DNA from: Halieaceae bacterium
GTDB lineage: Bacteria > Pseudomonadota > Gammaproteobacteria > Pseudomonadales > Halieaceae
Assembly: GCA_902520195.1 (NCBI GenBank)
Contig: CABYND010000009.1
Location: forward strand, 24,794 to 88,793
DNA: 64,000 nt
Reading direction: 5' to 3'
The notes under the pieces were generated by a model, which did not search any database, was not told the origin of the DNA, and saw nothing but the letters and a program-made list of their open reading frames with translations. Of this stretch, positions 10,891 to 25,658 are shown piece after piece. How positions within the stretch are numbered: the stretch's first letter is position 1; each line of letters opens with the position of its first letter. A program made the translations under genes and the position numbers.

Positions 10891-11715
10891 CTATTTAGCC
10901 CCGCGCGCTTGTTGAATAACCTCATAGGCGGCTGTGATTTCCTGGGCCCGTTCAGTGGCGACCCGGAGTAATTCATCGGGGACGCCCTCGGCGATGAGCT
11001 TGTCTGGGTGGTTCTGACTCATCAGCTTGCGATAGCGCCGCTTGATCTCCGCGTCCGAAGCGTCAGCCTTCAGACCCAGTGCGGCATAGGCGGTGTTCAG
11101 CTCCGTCTCGGCAGAGCGGGGGCGATAACCCCCTCCCGCACTCGATTGCTGGTAGCTTCGCTTCTGGAACTGGGCCTGCGCGTTGACCATGGAGATCAGC
11201 TGGTCCACCTCACGCCGCGGCAAGCCCAGCAACTCCGATAATCGGTATAACGCGCCGCGCTCAGTCTCCGAGAAAGTGCCATCAGCCAGTGCAATACCGA
11301 TCAAAAAAGCCATCAGCGTGTGCTGTGCCTGACGCCGGGGACCCAGACAATCGTTGAACCTGGCGACGGTAGGAGCGGGATCGAAGCCGGACGCTGACCC
11401 CGTTTTGAAGTGCTCGATCGCACTGCGGCGCTGGGCGGCATTCAGTCGAAGCTGACCAAACAGCGTCTCGGTTTGGGCGACCTCCGCCTCGGACACGCGG
11501 CCATCCGCCTTGGCAACAAATCCCAGCAGGGTGAACGTGGTTTCAAAAAATTGCGCGCGCATGATGTGCACGGCCTCGGGCCCGGAAAGCTGCAGTGCAC
11601 GCCACAGCCCTCTGTCAAAAGCGTGGCCCAACACCAAACCAAACAGGAGCCCGGCCGGGCCAAACGCCATAAACCCGATGAGACCCGCGATGGCTTTCCC
11701 GGTGATCTGGGTCAT
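10891..11715 (-). CDS. djlA: Co-chaperone DjlA
   Basis: N-terminal TM, TerB-like region (AKADGRVSEAE) and C-terminal J-domain with HPD. Confidence 0.92.
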   Translation of the reverse strand: MTQITGKAIAGLIGFMAFGPAGLLFGLVLGHAFDRGLWRALQLSGPEAVHIMRAQFFETTFTLLGFVAKADGRVSEAEVAQTETLFGQLRLNAAQRRSAIEHFKTGSASGFDPAPTVARFNDCLGPRRQAQHTLMAFLIGIALADGTFSETERGALYRLSELLGLPRREVDQLISMVNAQAQFQKRSYQQSSAGGGYRPRSAETELNTAYAALGLKADASDAEIKRRYRKLMSQNHPDKLIAEGVPDELLRVATERAQEITAAYEVIQQARGAK

Positions 11716-11983
11716 CTCTTTAGCCCCGCCTGATCCGACCGTTGAAATGATAAAGACCCGCCCCGACCGTTCTGCCCAACGCGCGGGCCCAAGCCAGTGG
11801 CATGAGGCGCGTCACCACGATCATCAATCTGATTAGCAAAATGACAGTCCACTCCAGCCAGAGGGGTTTGGGCGATGCAAGCATACGTTAAGGGGAATTT
11901 AACGGGGTCAGTGTTGGAAAAATGATTATGGCGCGGGCAACGCAGTTATACTAACCGCTCTCAACGACTTTAGGTTGTACCTC

Positions 11984-12928
11984 GTGGCGCCTGCAACATT
12001 TCAAGAGGTTATTCTGCGGTTGCAGGACTACTGGGCTGAGCACGGCTGCGTGGTGCTACAACCTCTGGACATGGAAGTGGGCGCCGGCACTTTTCATCCC
12101 GCCACCTTCTTGCGCGCGCTCGGCCCCGAAAACTGGAACGCTGCCTACGTCCAGCCCAGTCGGCGCCCCGCTGACGGTCGATATGGCGAAAACCCCAATC
12201 GCCTGCAGCACTACTACCAATTTCAGGTGGTCATGAAGCCTTCTCCGGCCGATTTTCAGGATCTTTACCTCGGCAGCCTGTTCGCGCTGGGCATCGACCC
12301 GCTGGTTCACGATATCCGTTTTGTCGAAGACAACTGGGAATCACCCACGCTGGGCGCCTGGGGCCTGGGTTGGGAGGTGTGGTTGAATGGCATGGAAGTC
12401 AGTCAGTTCACCTACTTTCAACAAGCCGGTGGGCTGGAGTGCCACCCCGTTACAGGTGAGCTGACCTACGGTCTGGAGCGCATCGCGATGTACCTGCAGG
12501 GTGTCGAGTCAGTCTATGACCTCGTCTGGGCAAACACCCCCTCCGGGCCGGTCACCTACGGCGATGTTTACCACCAGAACGAGGTGGAAATGTCGACCTT
12601 TAACTTTGTCGAGGCTGATGTCGACTATTTGTTCTCCCAGTTCGATTTCTATGAGCGCGAAGCGATGCGACTGGCAGAAAGGCAGTTGCCACTGCCCGCC
12701 TACGAGCACGTGATGAAGGCATCTCACACGTTCAATTTGCTTGATGCGCGTCGCGCGATTGGTGTGACAGAGCGACAGCGCTATATCTTGCGCGTCCGCG
12801 CATTGGCGCGGGCGGCTGCCGAGGCCTATGTGGCCGCACGAGGTGCGCTCGGCTTTCCGCAAGCTGATCCTGAACTGGCCGCTGCCACGCTCGCGCAACT
12901 GGAAGCGGCTGCAGGTAACAAATCATGA
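11984..12928 (+). CDS. glyQ: Glycine-tRNA ligase alpha subunit
   Basis: [12 protein letters not shown] and [18 protein letters not shown] motifs. Start is either 11975 (TTG) or 11984 (GTG). Confidence 0.97.
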   Translation: MAPATFQEVILRLQDYWAEHGCVVLQPLDMEVGAGTFHPATFLRALGPENWNAAYVQPSRRPADGRYGENPNRLQHYYQFQVVMKPSPADFQDLYLGSLFALGIDPLVHDIRFVEDNWESPTLGAWGLGWEVWLNGMEVSQFTYFQQAGGLECHPVTGELTYGLERIAMYLQGVESVYDLVWANTPSGPVTYGDVYHQNEVEMSTFNFVEADVDYLFSQFDFYEREAMRLAERQLPLPAYEHVMKASHTFNLLDARRAIGVTERQRYILRVRALARAAAEAYVAARGALGFPQADPELAAATLAQLEAAAGNKS

Positions 12929-15000
12929 GCACCGCCGACTTATTGTTCGAGCTGGGCACCGAGGAGTTGCCTGCCGGTGAGATCTCGGCCATGGCCACCG
13001 CTTTGTGTCAGGGCGTAACCAATGGCCTGACGGAAGCTGGCCTGCCCTTCGCAAAAGCTCAGGCGTTTTCAACACCGCGACGCCTGACAGTATGGGTTGA
13101 AAATCTCGCGATCAAAGGCCCCGATAGTGAACATCAGGTGGTGGGGCCGCCCGTCTCTGCAGCCAAGGATGATAGCAGTGCGTGGACCAAGGCCGCAGAG
13201 GGTTTTGCCCGCAAACAAGGCGTCTCTGCAGACGACCTGATCGTCGTTGAGGAACAGGGCGTGGAGCGTGTCGCCGCTCACGTATCGTTAAAAGGCGCGC
13301 AGGCCGCCGAGGTGATTCCAGACATGATCGCCACTGCCGTTGCTGGCATACCCGTGTCAAAGCGTATGCGGTGGGGTCGGTCCCGCGACGAGTTTTTACG
13401 CCCCGTGCAGTGGCTGGTGTTGTTGCTTGGAGATGCCGTCCTGCCACTTCAGCTATTCGGACTGGAGAGCGGCCGGGAAAGTCGTGGGCATCGCTTTCAT
13501 CACAACGCGCCCGTGGCCATCAGCTCTCCCGCAGCGTATCGAGATGCCCTACGCGAGGCACGAGTGCTGGTCGATCAGGACGAGCGACGCGCAATGATCG
13601 CAGAACAAGTCCTTGGGCTGGCGAATAAGGGCGAGGTCGTGGCGCTGTCTGATGACCTGTTGGATGAGGTCACGGGTCTTGTGGAATGGCCAACAGCCTT
13701 TCGGGGCAGCTTCGACCCAGAGTTTTTGGCTGTCCCCGCCCAGGCACTGATCTCGGCCATGAAGACCCATCAGAAGTACTTTCATCTCAACGATGCGAGC
13801 AGCGGGTCATTGCTACCCGCCTTCATCACTGTCGCCAACATTGAGAGCCAGCAGCCAGAGCAGGTTGTCGCAGGAAACGAGCGCGTGATCCGGCCCCGGT
13901 TGAGCGATGCGGCTTTCTTTTTCGCCAACGACAAGCAATCGCCGCTCATCTCGCGACAGGAGCGGTTGGGCAGCGTCGTGTTTCAACACCATTTGGGAAG
14001 CTTGCTGGACAAGACCCACCGCATCGTTGCTATCACCAAACAGCTGGCAGACGCGATCGGCGCCGACGAGGCGACCGCGGTCAGAGCGGCCGCGCTGAGC
14101 AAGTGCGACCTGGTGTCGGAAATGGTGCTCGAATTCCCCGAGCTACAGGGTATTGCCGGCGCAGAATATGCGCGCCATGATGACGAACGTGCCGGGGTAG
14201 CCGAGGCCATTGAGTACCAATATTACCCCCGGTTTGCCGGAGACGAATTGCCGCCGTCTCACGAGGCAACCGCCGTCGCATTGGCGGACCGCCTCGATAC
14301 ATTAGTAGGGATTTTTGGCATTGGTGAGCCCCCTACCGGCTCAAAAGATCCTTTTGCGCTGCGCAGAGCGTCGCTGGCTGTGATCAGGATGCTCATCAAC
14401 CTTGAAAAGCCACTTTCTCTACCCAAGCTGTTGCAGGCCGTAGTCGAGCAACATACTGCCGAGCTATCTCCCGACACCCCCGACCTGGTGTCGCATTACA
14501 TCACTGAGCGGCTGGGTAACTGGTACGACGACGACGGGATTAATATCTCTGTGGTCCGTGCAGCGCTGGCGGCGGGCGCGACCGACCTGTTTGACATCGA
14601 TCTGCGCGTGCGGGCGCTGAGCGCCTTCGCCAAAACCGAAACGGCCGAGCACCTCGCCGCAGCCAATAAGCGAGTCGCCAATATTCTGGCGAAAGCCGAC
14701 AACCTTGACGGCACACCCGCCGACCCCAACCTCTTCGTTCATGAGGCGGAGCACGCACTGCACGAGGCGATTAGCCGTGTTGGGTCGACATTAGCGCCGT
14801 TGCTGGCAGACAGGAACTATCAAAGCGCGCTCGATGAGCTCGCTCAACTTCGCGGACCTGTTGACGCGTTTTTTGACGGCGTCATGGTCAATGCGGAGGA
14901 CCCCACTGAGCGCTTGAATCGCTTGCGACTGCTCGATGGTCTGCGAGTCCTGTTTACACAGGTCGCTGATCTGGCGCTGCTGTCATCGGCGGCGGAATGA
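12925..15000 (+). CDS. glyS: Glycine-tRNA ligase beta subunit
   Basis: [24 protein letters not shown] and [12 protein letters not shown] motifs. Confidence 0.97.
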   Translation: MSTADLLFELGTEELPAGEISAMATALCQGVTNGLTEAGLPFAKAQAFSTPRRLTVWVENLAIKGPDSEHQVVGPPVSAAKDDSSAWTKAAEGFARKQGVSADDLIVVEEQGVERVAAHVSLKGAQAAEVIPDMIATAVAGIPVSKRMRWGRSRDEFLRPVQWLVLLLGDAVLPLQLFGLESGRESRGHRFHHNAPVAISSPAAYRDALREARVLVDQDERRAMIAEQVLGLANKGEVVALSDDLLDEVTGLVEWPTAFRGSFDPEFLAVPAQALISAMKTHQKYFHLNDASSGSLLPAFITVANIESQQPEQVVAGNERVIRPRLSDAAFFFANDKQSPLISRQERLGSVVFQHHLGSLLDKTHRIVAITKQLADAIGADEATAVRAAALSKCDLVSEMVLEFPELQGIAGAEYARHDDERAGVAEAIEYQYYPRFAGDELPPSHEATAVALADRLDTLVGIFGIGEPPTGSKDPFALRRASLAVIRMLINLEKPLSLPKLLQAVVEQHTAELSPDTPDLVSHYITERLGNWYDDDGINISVVRAALAAGATDLFDIDLRVRALSAFAKTETAEHLAAANKRVANILAKADNLDGTPADPNLFVHEAEHALHEAISRVGSTLAPLLADRNYQSALDELAQLRGPVDAFFDGVMVNAEDPTERLNRLRLLDGLRVLFTQVADLALLSSAAE

Positions 15001-16364
15001 CCGTCGGGCCCCTCTTCTGGTTGGGCTTAGCCGCGGCCAGCGTAGCAGGCCTACTGCTGAGTTTGCTGCAACTGCAAAAGCGACGCCGGGAGCTCACCGC
15101 AGCGCAAGCAGAGGCCGTCGCGCAAAAGACCGCCGCAGCCCTGGCCAGTGAACGCAATCATGCCCTTGAATCCGAACTGTCGACCCTGCAGCAGGAGCTG
15201 TCCTCGGTAAAGGCACAGCTCAGCGCCCAGAGCGCCACCCTTTCAGAGCGCGACGCCCATCATCAGAACCAGATGAAATGGGTGGAAGAATCTCGCACCA
15301 CCTTTCGCACTGAATTAGAGGTGATTGGCCAAAAGCTGCTCACATCGTCCGGTAAGGCATTGGAAACCACGAATCAAAAAAGCCTCGATAGCCTGCTGAA
15401 ACCGCTCGCTGAAAAAATTGATCAGTTTCAAACGCGCGTCAATCAGGTGCACACCGATATGGTGCGCAACAGCGCATCGCTAGGGGAGCAGATCAAGCAT
15501 CTCGAATCGGTCGGCGTCTCCATGTCGGGTGAAGCGCAGAATCTGACCCGCGCACTGAAGGGGGATAAAAAAGTGGTGGGTAACTGGGGTGAGGCCCAGT
15601 TGGAAAAAACCCTCGAGCTCGCCGGTCTTCGGCGAGGTGAGCACTACGACGCACAAGTCGCGGTAAGAGATGAGCGGGGTGATCGACACCTACCTGATTT
15701 CGTGATTCGACTCCCCGAGGGAAAAAACTTAGTCATCGACAGCAAGGTCTCACTGGTCGACTACGAGCGGGCGGTAACCGCTGAAAGCGATGCCGAACTC
15801 GCCACCGCGTTGGAAGCGCACGCAAAGGCGGTGAAAAATCACATCGATGCCCTGTCGGCCAAGGACTACGCGAACCTGCCCGGCATGGAGAGTCCCGATT
15901 TCGTGATGATGTTCATGCCGGTAGAGCCAGCGTACATCGAAGTGATGCGCAGCCAGCGAGAGCTGTTCAATCATGGTTACCAAAAAAATGTGGTGTTGGT
16001 GTCTCACACCACGCTGATGCCGATTCTCCGGACCGTCGCCAATCTGTGGATGATCGAGCACAGCAATCGGGAAGCACGGGAAATCAGTGAACGGGCCGGT
16101 GACATCTATAACACTGTCTGCCTGTTAGGTGACCGGCTCTACGCGCTCGGCAACGCCATTTCGACCACCGCCAACAAATACAATGACGTGGTCAAAGCGA
16201 CTCAGGGCAAGCAAGGCTTGTTGGGCAAAGTGTCGCGATTTCAGTCGCTATCCCAGCGCGCAAACAAATCGTTTCCCGATGCCCTTGCGCCGATCGAGCC
16301 CGACGTTGAGACGGCGAAGCTCGAGGACATCAACGATCAGCTACCACCCAAAAAGACTGAATAG
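14997..16364 (+). CDS. rmuC: DNA recombination protein RmuC
   Basis: N-terminal TM and coiled coil, GNWGE, PD...IDSKVSL nuclease-like motif and FMPVE. Confidence 0.92.
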   Translation: MTVGPLFWLGLAAASVAGLLLSLLQLQKRRRELTAAQAEAVAQKTAAALASERNHALESELSTLQQELSSVKAQLSAQSATLSERDAHHQNQMKWVEESRTTFRTELEVIGQKLLTSSGKALETTNQKSLDSLLKPLAEKIDQFQTRVNQVHTDMVRNSASLGEQIKHLESVGVSMSGEAQNLTRALKGDKKVVGNWGEAQLEKTLELAGLRRGEHYDAQVAVRDERGDRHLPDFVIRLPEGKNLVIDSKVSLVDYERAVTAESDAELATALEAHAKAVKNHIDALSAKDYANLPGMESPDFVMMFMPVEPAYIEVMRSQRELFNHGYQKNVVLVSHTTLMPILRTVANLWMIEHSNREAREISERAGDIYNTVCLLGDRLYALGNAISTTANKYNDVVKATQGKQGLLGKVSRFQSLSQRANKSFPDALAPIEPDVETAKLEDINDQLPPKKTE

Positions 16365-16374
16365 GGGCTGATCA

Positions 16375-19951
<3,577 letters not shown>

Positions 19952-19971
19952 TGAAGCGGTTAGGGTGGTAA

Positions 19972-21084
19972 TCAGAGCCGCATGGGCATCACGACATAGA
20001 GTCGCTCGGGCTCACCATCTGAGGGCGCCTTCGCGTTTTCAAGTAACGCCGAGCTCGCCTCGTCTGACAGAGACAGCCGAACCTGGGGCTGCTCCAGCAC
20101 CGACAAGACATCGAGCAAATAACTGACATTGAAACCAATTTCCAGCTCCCCCGCACTGTAGTGGACGCCCACCACTTCTTCGGCCTCTTCCTGCTCGGGG
20201 TTATTCGCTGTGATGTCGAGGTTGTTATCCGACAACTTTAATCGAACCCCGCGATATTTCTCGTTTGACAGAATCGCAGTGCGCGTGAAGGCCTGCTTCA
20301 ACTCAGCTCGCTCGCCAATCACCGATTTGTCGGCATTTTTCGGGATTACGCGCTCATAATCGGGGAACTTGCCGTCAACAAGCTTGGAAGTGAAGGTAAA
20401 TTGTTCATTGGCGGCGCGGATATGGTTGGTGCCAATCGCGAGCTCCAGGGGCGCGCTGCCATCCAACAGACGCGACAGCTCCAGCACGCCCTTGCGCGGA
20501 ATGATGACCCCTGTGTCAGCGGCCTCAACCAAAGCTGGTGCGGTTGCCAAAGCGAGGCGGTGACCATCTGTGGCCACAACCCGCAAACGACCTCCTAATA
20601 TTTCCAGGTACGAACCATTGAGGTAATAGCGAACATCCTGCTGGGCCATCGCAAACGCGGTGCTGTCGATCAGTTGCTTCACCAACGATTGATCGAGGGA
20701 CAGCGTAACCGTGCCCGCGCCGCCCTCCACGGCCGGGAAGTCTGCGGCTGGCAAGGTGGACAAGGTGAAGCGGCTGCGACCAGCCTTCACCGTCGCCTTG
20801 CCCGCCTCCATTGAGAATTCTATTGTGGAACCCTCGGGAAGTGATTTACAGATATCAACCAGTTTTCTGGCGGGTACCGTGACCTCACCATCCACACCTG
20901 CCGCCTCCAGTTCGACACGTCCAACCAGTTCAACCTCGAGGTCGGTGCCGGTGAGCGAGAGGGTTTTGTCCTCGATGACCAGCAATACATTTGACAAAAT
21001 GGGTAGCGTTTGCCGTCGCTCAACGACCCCCGCCACCAAATTCAATGGTTTGATGAGTGCATCGCGGGCAATGGAAAATTTCAT
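19972..21084 (-). CDS. dnaN: DNA polymerase III beta sliding clamp
   Basis: QTLPILSN, ATDGHRL, GKFPDY and VVMPMRL motifs. Confidence 0.98.
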   Translation of the reverse strand: MKFSIARDALIKPLNLVAGVVERRQTLPILSNVLLVIEDKTLSLTGTDLEVELVGRVELEAAGVDGEVTVPARKLVDICKSLPEGSTIEFSMEAGKATVKAGRSRFTLSTLPAADFPAVEGGAGTVTLSLDQSLVKQLIDSTAFAMAQQDVRYYLNGSYLEILGGRLRVVATDGHRLALATAPALVEAADTGVIIPRKGVLELSRLLDGSAPLELAIGTNHIRAANEQFTFTSKLVDGKFPDYERVIPKNADKSVIGERAELKQAFTRTAILSNEKYRGVRLKLSDNNLDITANNPEQEEAEEVVGVHYSAGELEIGFNVSYLLDVLSVLEQPQVRLSLSDEASSALLENAKAPSDGEPERLYVVMPMRL

Positions 21085-21145
21085 ATTTTCAGCTCGTTCC
21101 GTGTTTTGCAGTCACCGGACAGTGCGCACGCCCGGTCTTGGCCAA

Positions 21146-22531
21146 TCAGGTGGTCAGCGCGCGCAGCAAGTTTTGATAGTCCTCGCTGATATCGGGGCTG
21201 ACATCCCGTAGCTCTCTGATTTTACGACACGCATGCAAAACTGTCGTGTGGTCTCGCCCACCAAACGCATCACCGATCTCGGGCAAGCTGTGGTGTGTGA
21301 GCTCTTTTGCCATCGCCATCGCCACCTGTCTTGGCCTCGCCACCGAGCGATTGCGCCTCTTGGACATCAAGTCGGCCACCTTGATTTTGTAATACTCGGC
21401 CACCTTGCGCTTGATGTTATCCAGAGAGACCTGTTTGTCCTGCAGGGCAAGCAGGTCTTTGAGGCTGTCTTTAATCAAATCAATATCAAACGGCCGCCCC
21501 GTGAAATTCGCACTGGCGATCACCCGCTTCAACGCACCTTCAAGCTCCCGAACGTTAGAGCGGATGCGTTGCGCGATGAAAAATGCCGCGTCTGGTGCGA
21601 GCGATATATGACTTTGCTCCGCTTTTTTCATCAAGATCGCCACGCGTGTTTCCAAGTCTGGCGGATCCACCGCTACCGTCAAGCCCCAGCCGAAGCGAGA
21701 CTTCAAGCGCTCCTCAACACCTTCTATTTCCTTGGGATAACGGTCGCAAGTGAGGATCATCTGCTGACCGCCCTCGAGCAGCGCGTTGAATGTGTGAAAG
21801 AACTCTTCCTGAGAGCGATCTTTGTTGGCGAAGAATTGAATGTCATCGATTAACAGGGCGTCGACGGAACGGTAGAAGCGCTTGAAGTCATTGATCGCGT
21901 TCAACTGCAGCGCCTTTACCATATCCGCGACAAATCGCTCAGAGTGCAGGTAAACAATTTTCGCCTCGGGGTTTTGGCGGCGCATGGCGTTGCCGACCGC
22001 GTGCATCAAGTGTGTCTTTCCGAGCCCGACACCGCCATACAAAAACAGGGGGTTGTAAGACGAGCCGGGATGCCCCGCTACCTGCTGCGCAGCCGCCAAG
22101 GCCAACTGATTGCTTTTGCCCTCGACAAACCGCTCAAAGGTGTAGCCCTCAACCAGATTGGACGGCGATAAGAGGGCGGCAGGTGCTGGGCGTGGAGGAG
22201 CGTCTGCAGGCCGCGAGAGTGCCTGCGCCGCGCCCGACGCAATCGGTGTCACCGAGGATGACGCCGTTGGCTGTCCGCTCTGCACGGTGACAGATGCCTG
22301 TGCCGCCGCCGGCGCCACCACATCGAGCAAATAGGTATGAATCAGCGGCAGATACTTTTCCGCCACGAAATCTCGGATGAACCGGTTCGGCGCGGATAAC
22401 ACCAGGCCAGATTCCTGCCACTCAGCCCGCAAAGGCCTGATCCAGGTATTAAATTGCTGCTGGGGAATATCACCGCTGAGTCGACTCAGGCAGTGCTGCC
22501 AGGGATCCGTGAGGGGCTGGGGGGCAACCAA
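21146..22531 (-). CDS. dnaA: Chromosomal replication initiator DnaA
   Basis: [23 protein letters not shown] and [11 protein letters not shown] motifs. Confidence 0.98.
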   Translation of the reverse strand: MVAPQPLTDPWQHCLSRLSGDIPQQQFNTWIRPLRAEWQESGLVLSAPNRFIRDFVAEKYLPLIHTYLLDVVAPAAAQASVTVQSGQPTASSSVTPIASGAAQALSRPADAPPRPAPAALLSPSNLVEGYTFERFVEGKSNQLALAAAQQVAGHPGSSYNPLFLYGGVGLGKTHLMHAVGNAMRRQNPEAKIVYLHSERFVADMVKALQLNAINDFKRFYRSVDALLIDDIQFFANKDRSQEEFFHTFNALLEGGQQMILTCDRYPKEIEGVEERLKSRFGWGLTVAVDPPDLETRVAILMKKAEQSHISLAPDAAFFIAQRIRSNVRELEGALKRVIASANFTGRPFDIDLIKDSLKDLLALQDKQVSLDNIKRKVAEYYKIKVADLMSKRRNRSVARPRQVAMAMAKELTHHSLPEIGDAFGGRDHTTVLHACRKIRELRDVSPDISEDYQNLLRALTT

Positions 22532-22655
22532 CGTGCTTCTCCGATTGTGTTCAAATCTTCCCTTTTACAAAGGCTATTCTTAGGGATGGCAGGCTCCTGC
22601 CGTTTCCCAAACTCTCCAGAGTGTGTTTGGCCGGTCCTACGCTGAAGGCGCCTAG

Positions 22656-22782
22656 TTATCCACAAACCCTTTTGTTGATCAACAGGTTTTAACTTGACAA
22701 AAATCAATGGTTTGGTTGTTTCTGTGTGGGCTAAACCAAGCGACCAGCATTTGCAAGAAAAAACTTTCCCACCTGTGGATAG
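22656..22782. promoter_or_regulatory. DnaA boxes in the dnaA promoter region
   Basis: Perfect TTATCCACA at 22656-22664, TGTGGATAG at 22774-22782 (1 mismatch), and more degenerate boxes nearby. Confidence 0.8.
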
Positions 22783-23007
22783 GCTGTGTTTATCTTTGGG
22801 CCAACCTGTGGTTTTCGGCATCACCCCGAAATGCGTGGCTGCGGCGTGCCCATCACCTAAGAGGTAGACCGTCTGAGGCAAGCCCCTGAAATCGTAGCTT
22901 TTTCAGTGGATGCTTCGATCACACGCATTAGCCCCAAAACGGGTTGGCGAGCGTGGATTAAATTTTCCTCGCCCAGCACACGGAGCTGAGGTCGCTCATC
23001 CGACATC

Positions 23008-23036
23008 TTGCATAGACCGGAAAGGCTACCTATAAT
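23008..23036 (+). promoter_or_regulatory. Sigma70 promoter of the rpmH-rnpA-yidD-yidC operon
   Basis: TTGCAT-N17-TATAAT, about 100 nt upstream of rpmH. Confidence 0.7.
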
Positions 23037-23134
23037 CCGCGCCCCGTAGAGCTACCAGGCCCGATAAGTGTCCCCAGTAGCAATCCTGTTGCAATACAGC
23101 GGCAGTATTAAACGAAGATGGAAAGGTAACCGCC

Positions 23135-23269
23135 ATGAAGCGTACATTTCAGCCTAGCGTTCTCAAGCGTAAGCGCAATCACGGGTTCCGCGCCCGCATG
23201 GCTACCAAAAACGGCCGCAAAGCCCTTTCTCGTCGCCGCGCGCGAGGGCGCCGGCGTCTGTCCGCTTAA
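23135..23269 (+). CDS. rpmH: 50S ribosomal protein L34
   Basis: Not in the ORF track. Hand translation gives [44 protein letters not shown]. Confidence 0.98.
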   Translation: MKRTFQPSVLKRKRNHGFRARMATKNGRKALSRRRARGRRRLSA

Positions 23270-23298
23270 GCACCTCGCACAACCTGTCGTTGTGGGCC

Positions 23299-23649
23299 AT
23301 GCCCACCTTTCCTCATACTGCCAAGCTATCTCAACCCGACCACTACCGGCGAGTGTTTGAGGGCTCGAAGTACAAGGTCAACAGCGGCGCCTTTCTTCTC
23401 CTTGCAATACCCGGCGCGACGCAATCGTCCAGACTGGGTGTTGTGGTCGCCAAAAAAAACATTCGCCGAGCCGCGAGGCGCAACCGCATCAAACGGCTGG
23501 TGCGGGAACAGTTCCGACGCCATCCTTTTGAAGCAGCCATGGATCTGGTGGTCCTGGCGCGGTCAGGTGCTGATCAAATGGATAACCCCAGCGTTTGGCG
23601 CGAGCTAGAACGGCTTTGGCGCACACTGGAACAAAAGGTGAACTCGTAA
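23299..23649 (+). CDS. rnpA: Ribonuclease P protein component
   Basis: RLGVVVAKK and the RNR motif ([15 protein letters not shown]). Canonical position after rpmH. Confidence 0.95.
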   Translation: MPTFPHTAKLSQPDHYRRVFEGSKYKVNSGAFLLLAIPGATQSSRLGVVVAKKNIRRAARRNRIKRLVREQFRRHPFEAAMDLVVLARSGADQMDNPSVWRELERLWRTLEQKVNS

Positions 23650-23915
23650 TGCAGTGGCTACGGTGGGTTGACCTATATGTGGCCACCGGCCTTGCCTTGT
23701 TGATCCGCGGCTATCAACTGACCCTCAGCCCCTGGCTCGGCAGGTCCTGTCGTTTCACGCCCACCTGCTCACAATATGGGATTGACGCGCTGAAGACCCA
23801 CGGTACTCTATCCGGCGTCTGGTTGACCGGTCGCAGATTATTGCGCTGTCACCCTTGGTGTGCAGGCGGCGCTGACCCCGTGCCACCAGCCAAAACCCCT
23901 CAACACACTCACTGA
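23649..23915 (+). CDS. yidD: Membrane protein insertion efficiency factor YidD
   Basis: [10 protein letters not shown] and RLLRCHPW motifs. ATG overlaps the rnpA stop. Confidence 0.93.
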   Translation: MQWLRWVDLYVATGLALLIRGYQLTLSPWLGRSCRFTPTCSQYGIDALKTHGTLSGVWLTGRRLLRCHPWCAGGADPVPPAKTPQHTH

Positions 23916-23930
23916 GATCGAGACCACATC

Positions 23931-25637
23931 ATGGATATCCCTCGTTACGCCCTCATCGCTGCCAGTGTTTTGCTGGGCTTGATGCTGTTAGGGGAGTGGA
24001 CCCGATTTAGCACCGCCCAGCAGGAGGCAGCGCTCCCCGCAGTGCCCATGGTGGAGGTAGAAACGGCGGCACCCGACACCCCCGGCGAGATGGCGGTGAT
24101 GGGCAACACATCTCAAAACGACATGGATCTTCCCCCGGTCGAAGATATCAAACTTAACAGTGGCCAAGCACCTGACGGCGGCAGCCCTGCCAACACTGCG
24201 ACTGGTCGGATTGTGACGGTGCATACCGATGTATTGGAGATCAAAATCGACCTTGAAGGTGGCGATGTGGTCGGCGCGGCACTCAAGAACTACCCAAAAA
24301 CCCTTGATGACCCAGCCGATCCTTTTGTATTACTGGAGCGAAACGCGATGCGCACCTATGTTGCGCAATCGGGTTTGGTTGGGCCCAACGGGATCGACCA
24401 AAACCAGCGCGCGCGTTACCGCGCGTCGCAAGACCTGTACACCATGTCAGGGGGAGAGCCGCTGGAAGTAATCATTGACTACACCGGCACCGGCAGCGCG
24501 CTACGAGTAAGCAAGCACTTTGACTTTGAGCCCGGTAGCCACACCATCGGCGTTCACTACACCGTCACCAACCTGGCAGCCGAAGCGGCTCAGTTGACGC
24601 CGTTTGTGCAGCTCAAACGCGACAGCTCGCCCGCGCCTGTTGCCAGTGACGCGGGGATGGGTATGCAACCTTTTCTCGGATCTGCCCTGACACAACCCGA
24701 CCAGCGATTTACCAAGTTCGACTTTGAGGATATGGCCAAGGACCCCTTCCGTGCTGATATCACCGGCGGTTGGATTGCGATGCTGCAACATTATTTTGTC
24801 AGCGCGTGGGTGCCCGATCCGGATAACACCTACCGGTTCAGGACACGCCAAACCCGATCCGGCGACAACATCATCGGTTACACCGGCCCCGCCATGGTGA
24901 TTGCACCGGCAGAAACAAAGACCATCAGTAACTGGCTGTACGTGGGACCCAAAAATCAGTCTGTGCTGGCCGACCTGGCGACACATCTTGATCTGGTGGT
25001 GGATTACGGCTGGCTTTGGTGGATTGCCCAGCCCCTTTTCTGGTTGTTGACGATGATCCAAAGCGTTGTGATCAATTGGGGGGTCGCCATCATCTTCCTC
25101 ACGTTGCTGGTAAAACTGGCGTTCTTCCAGCTGTCTGCCGCAGGCTATAAGTCGATGGCACGAATGCGCAAAGTGCAGCCCCGCATTCTGGCGATAAGAG
25201 AAGAATATGCCAATGACAAGGCCAAGCAATCTCAAGCCATGATGGAGCTTTATAAAAAAGAAAAAATTAATCCGCTGGGAGGCTGCTTCCCCATCCTCAT
25301 CCAGATGCCTGTATTTATCGCGCTGTACTGGGTATTGATGGAGTCGGTTGAATTGAGGCAGGCGCCTTTCGCCTTGTGGATCGAAGACCTGTCGGTCATG
25401 GATCCATATTTTGTGCTGCCCATTCTGATGGGGGCGAGCATGTATTACATGCAGAAGTTGAACCCGGCACCACCAGATCCCATGCAGGCAAAAATCATGC
25501 AATGGATGCCCATTGTCTTCACCTTTTTCTTTTTATGGTTCCCGGCGGGACTGGTGCTCTATTGGCTCTGCAATAACTTGCTGTCAATGGGACAGCAATT
25601 CCTCATCAATCGCAGAATTGAGAGCAGTGCCGTCTGA
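23931..25637 (+). CDS. yidC: Membrane protein insertase YidC
   Basis: VDYGWLWWIAQP, NPLGGCFP and PAGLVLYW motifs. Confidence 0.97.
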   Translation: MDIPRYALIAASVLLGLMLLGEWTRFSTAQQEAALPAVPMVEVETAAPDTPGEMAVMGNTSQNDMDLPPVEDIKLNSGQAPDGGSPANTATGRIVTVHTDVLEIKIDLEGGDVVGAALKNYPKTLDDPADPFVLLERNAMRTYVAQSGLVGPNGIDQNQRARYRASQDLYTMSGGEPLEVIIDYTGTGSALRVSKHFDFEPGSHTIGVHYTVTNLAAEAAQLTPFVQLKRDSSPAPVASDAGMGMQPFLGSALTQPDQRFTKFDFEDMAKDPFRADITGGWIAMLQHYFVSAWVPDPDNTYRFRTRQTRSGDNIIGYTGPAMVIAPAETKTISNWLYVGPKNQSVLADLATHLDLVVDYGWLWWIAQPLFWLLTMIQSVVINWGVAIIFLTLLVKLAFFQLSAAGYKSMARMRKVQPRILAIREEYANDKAKQSQAMMELYKKEKINPLGGCFPILIQMPVFIALYWVLMESVELRQAPFALWIEDLSVMDPYFVLPILMGASMYYMQKLNPAPPDPMQAKIMQWMPIVFTFFFLWFPAGLVLYWLCNNLLSMGQQFLINRRIESSAV

Positions 25638-25658
25638 GCCACTGCGCTATTAGCTACT

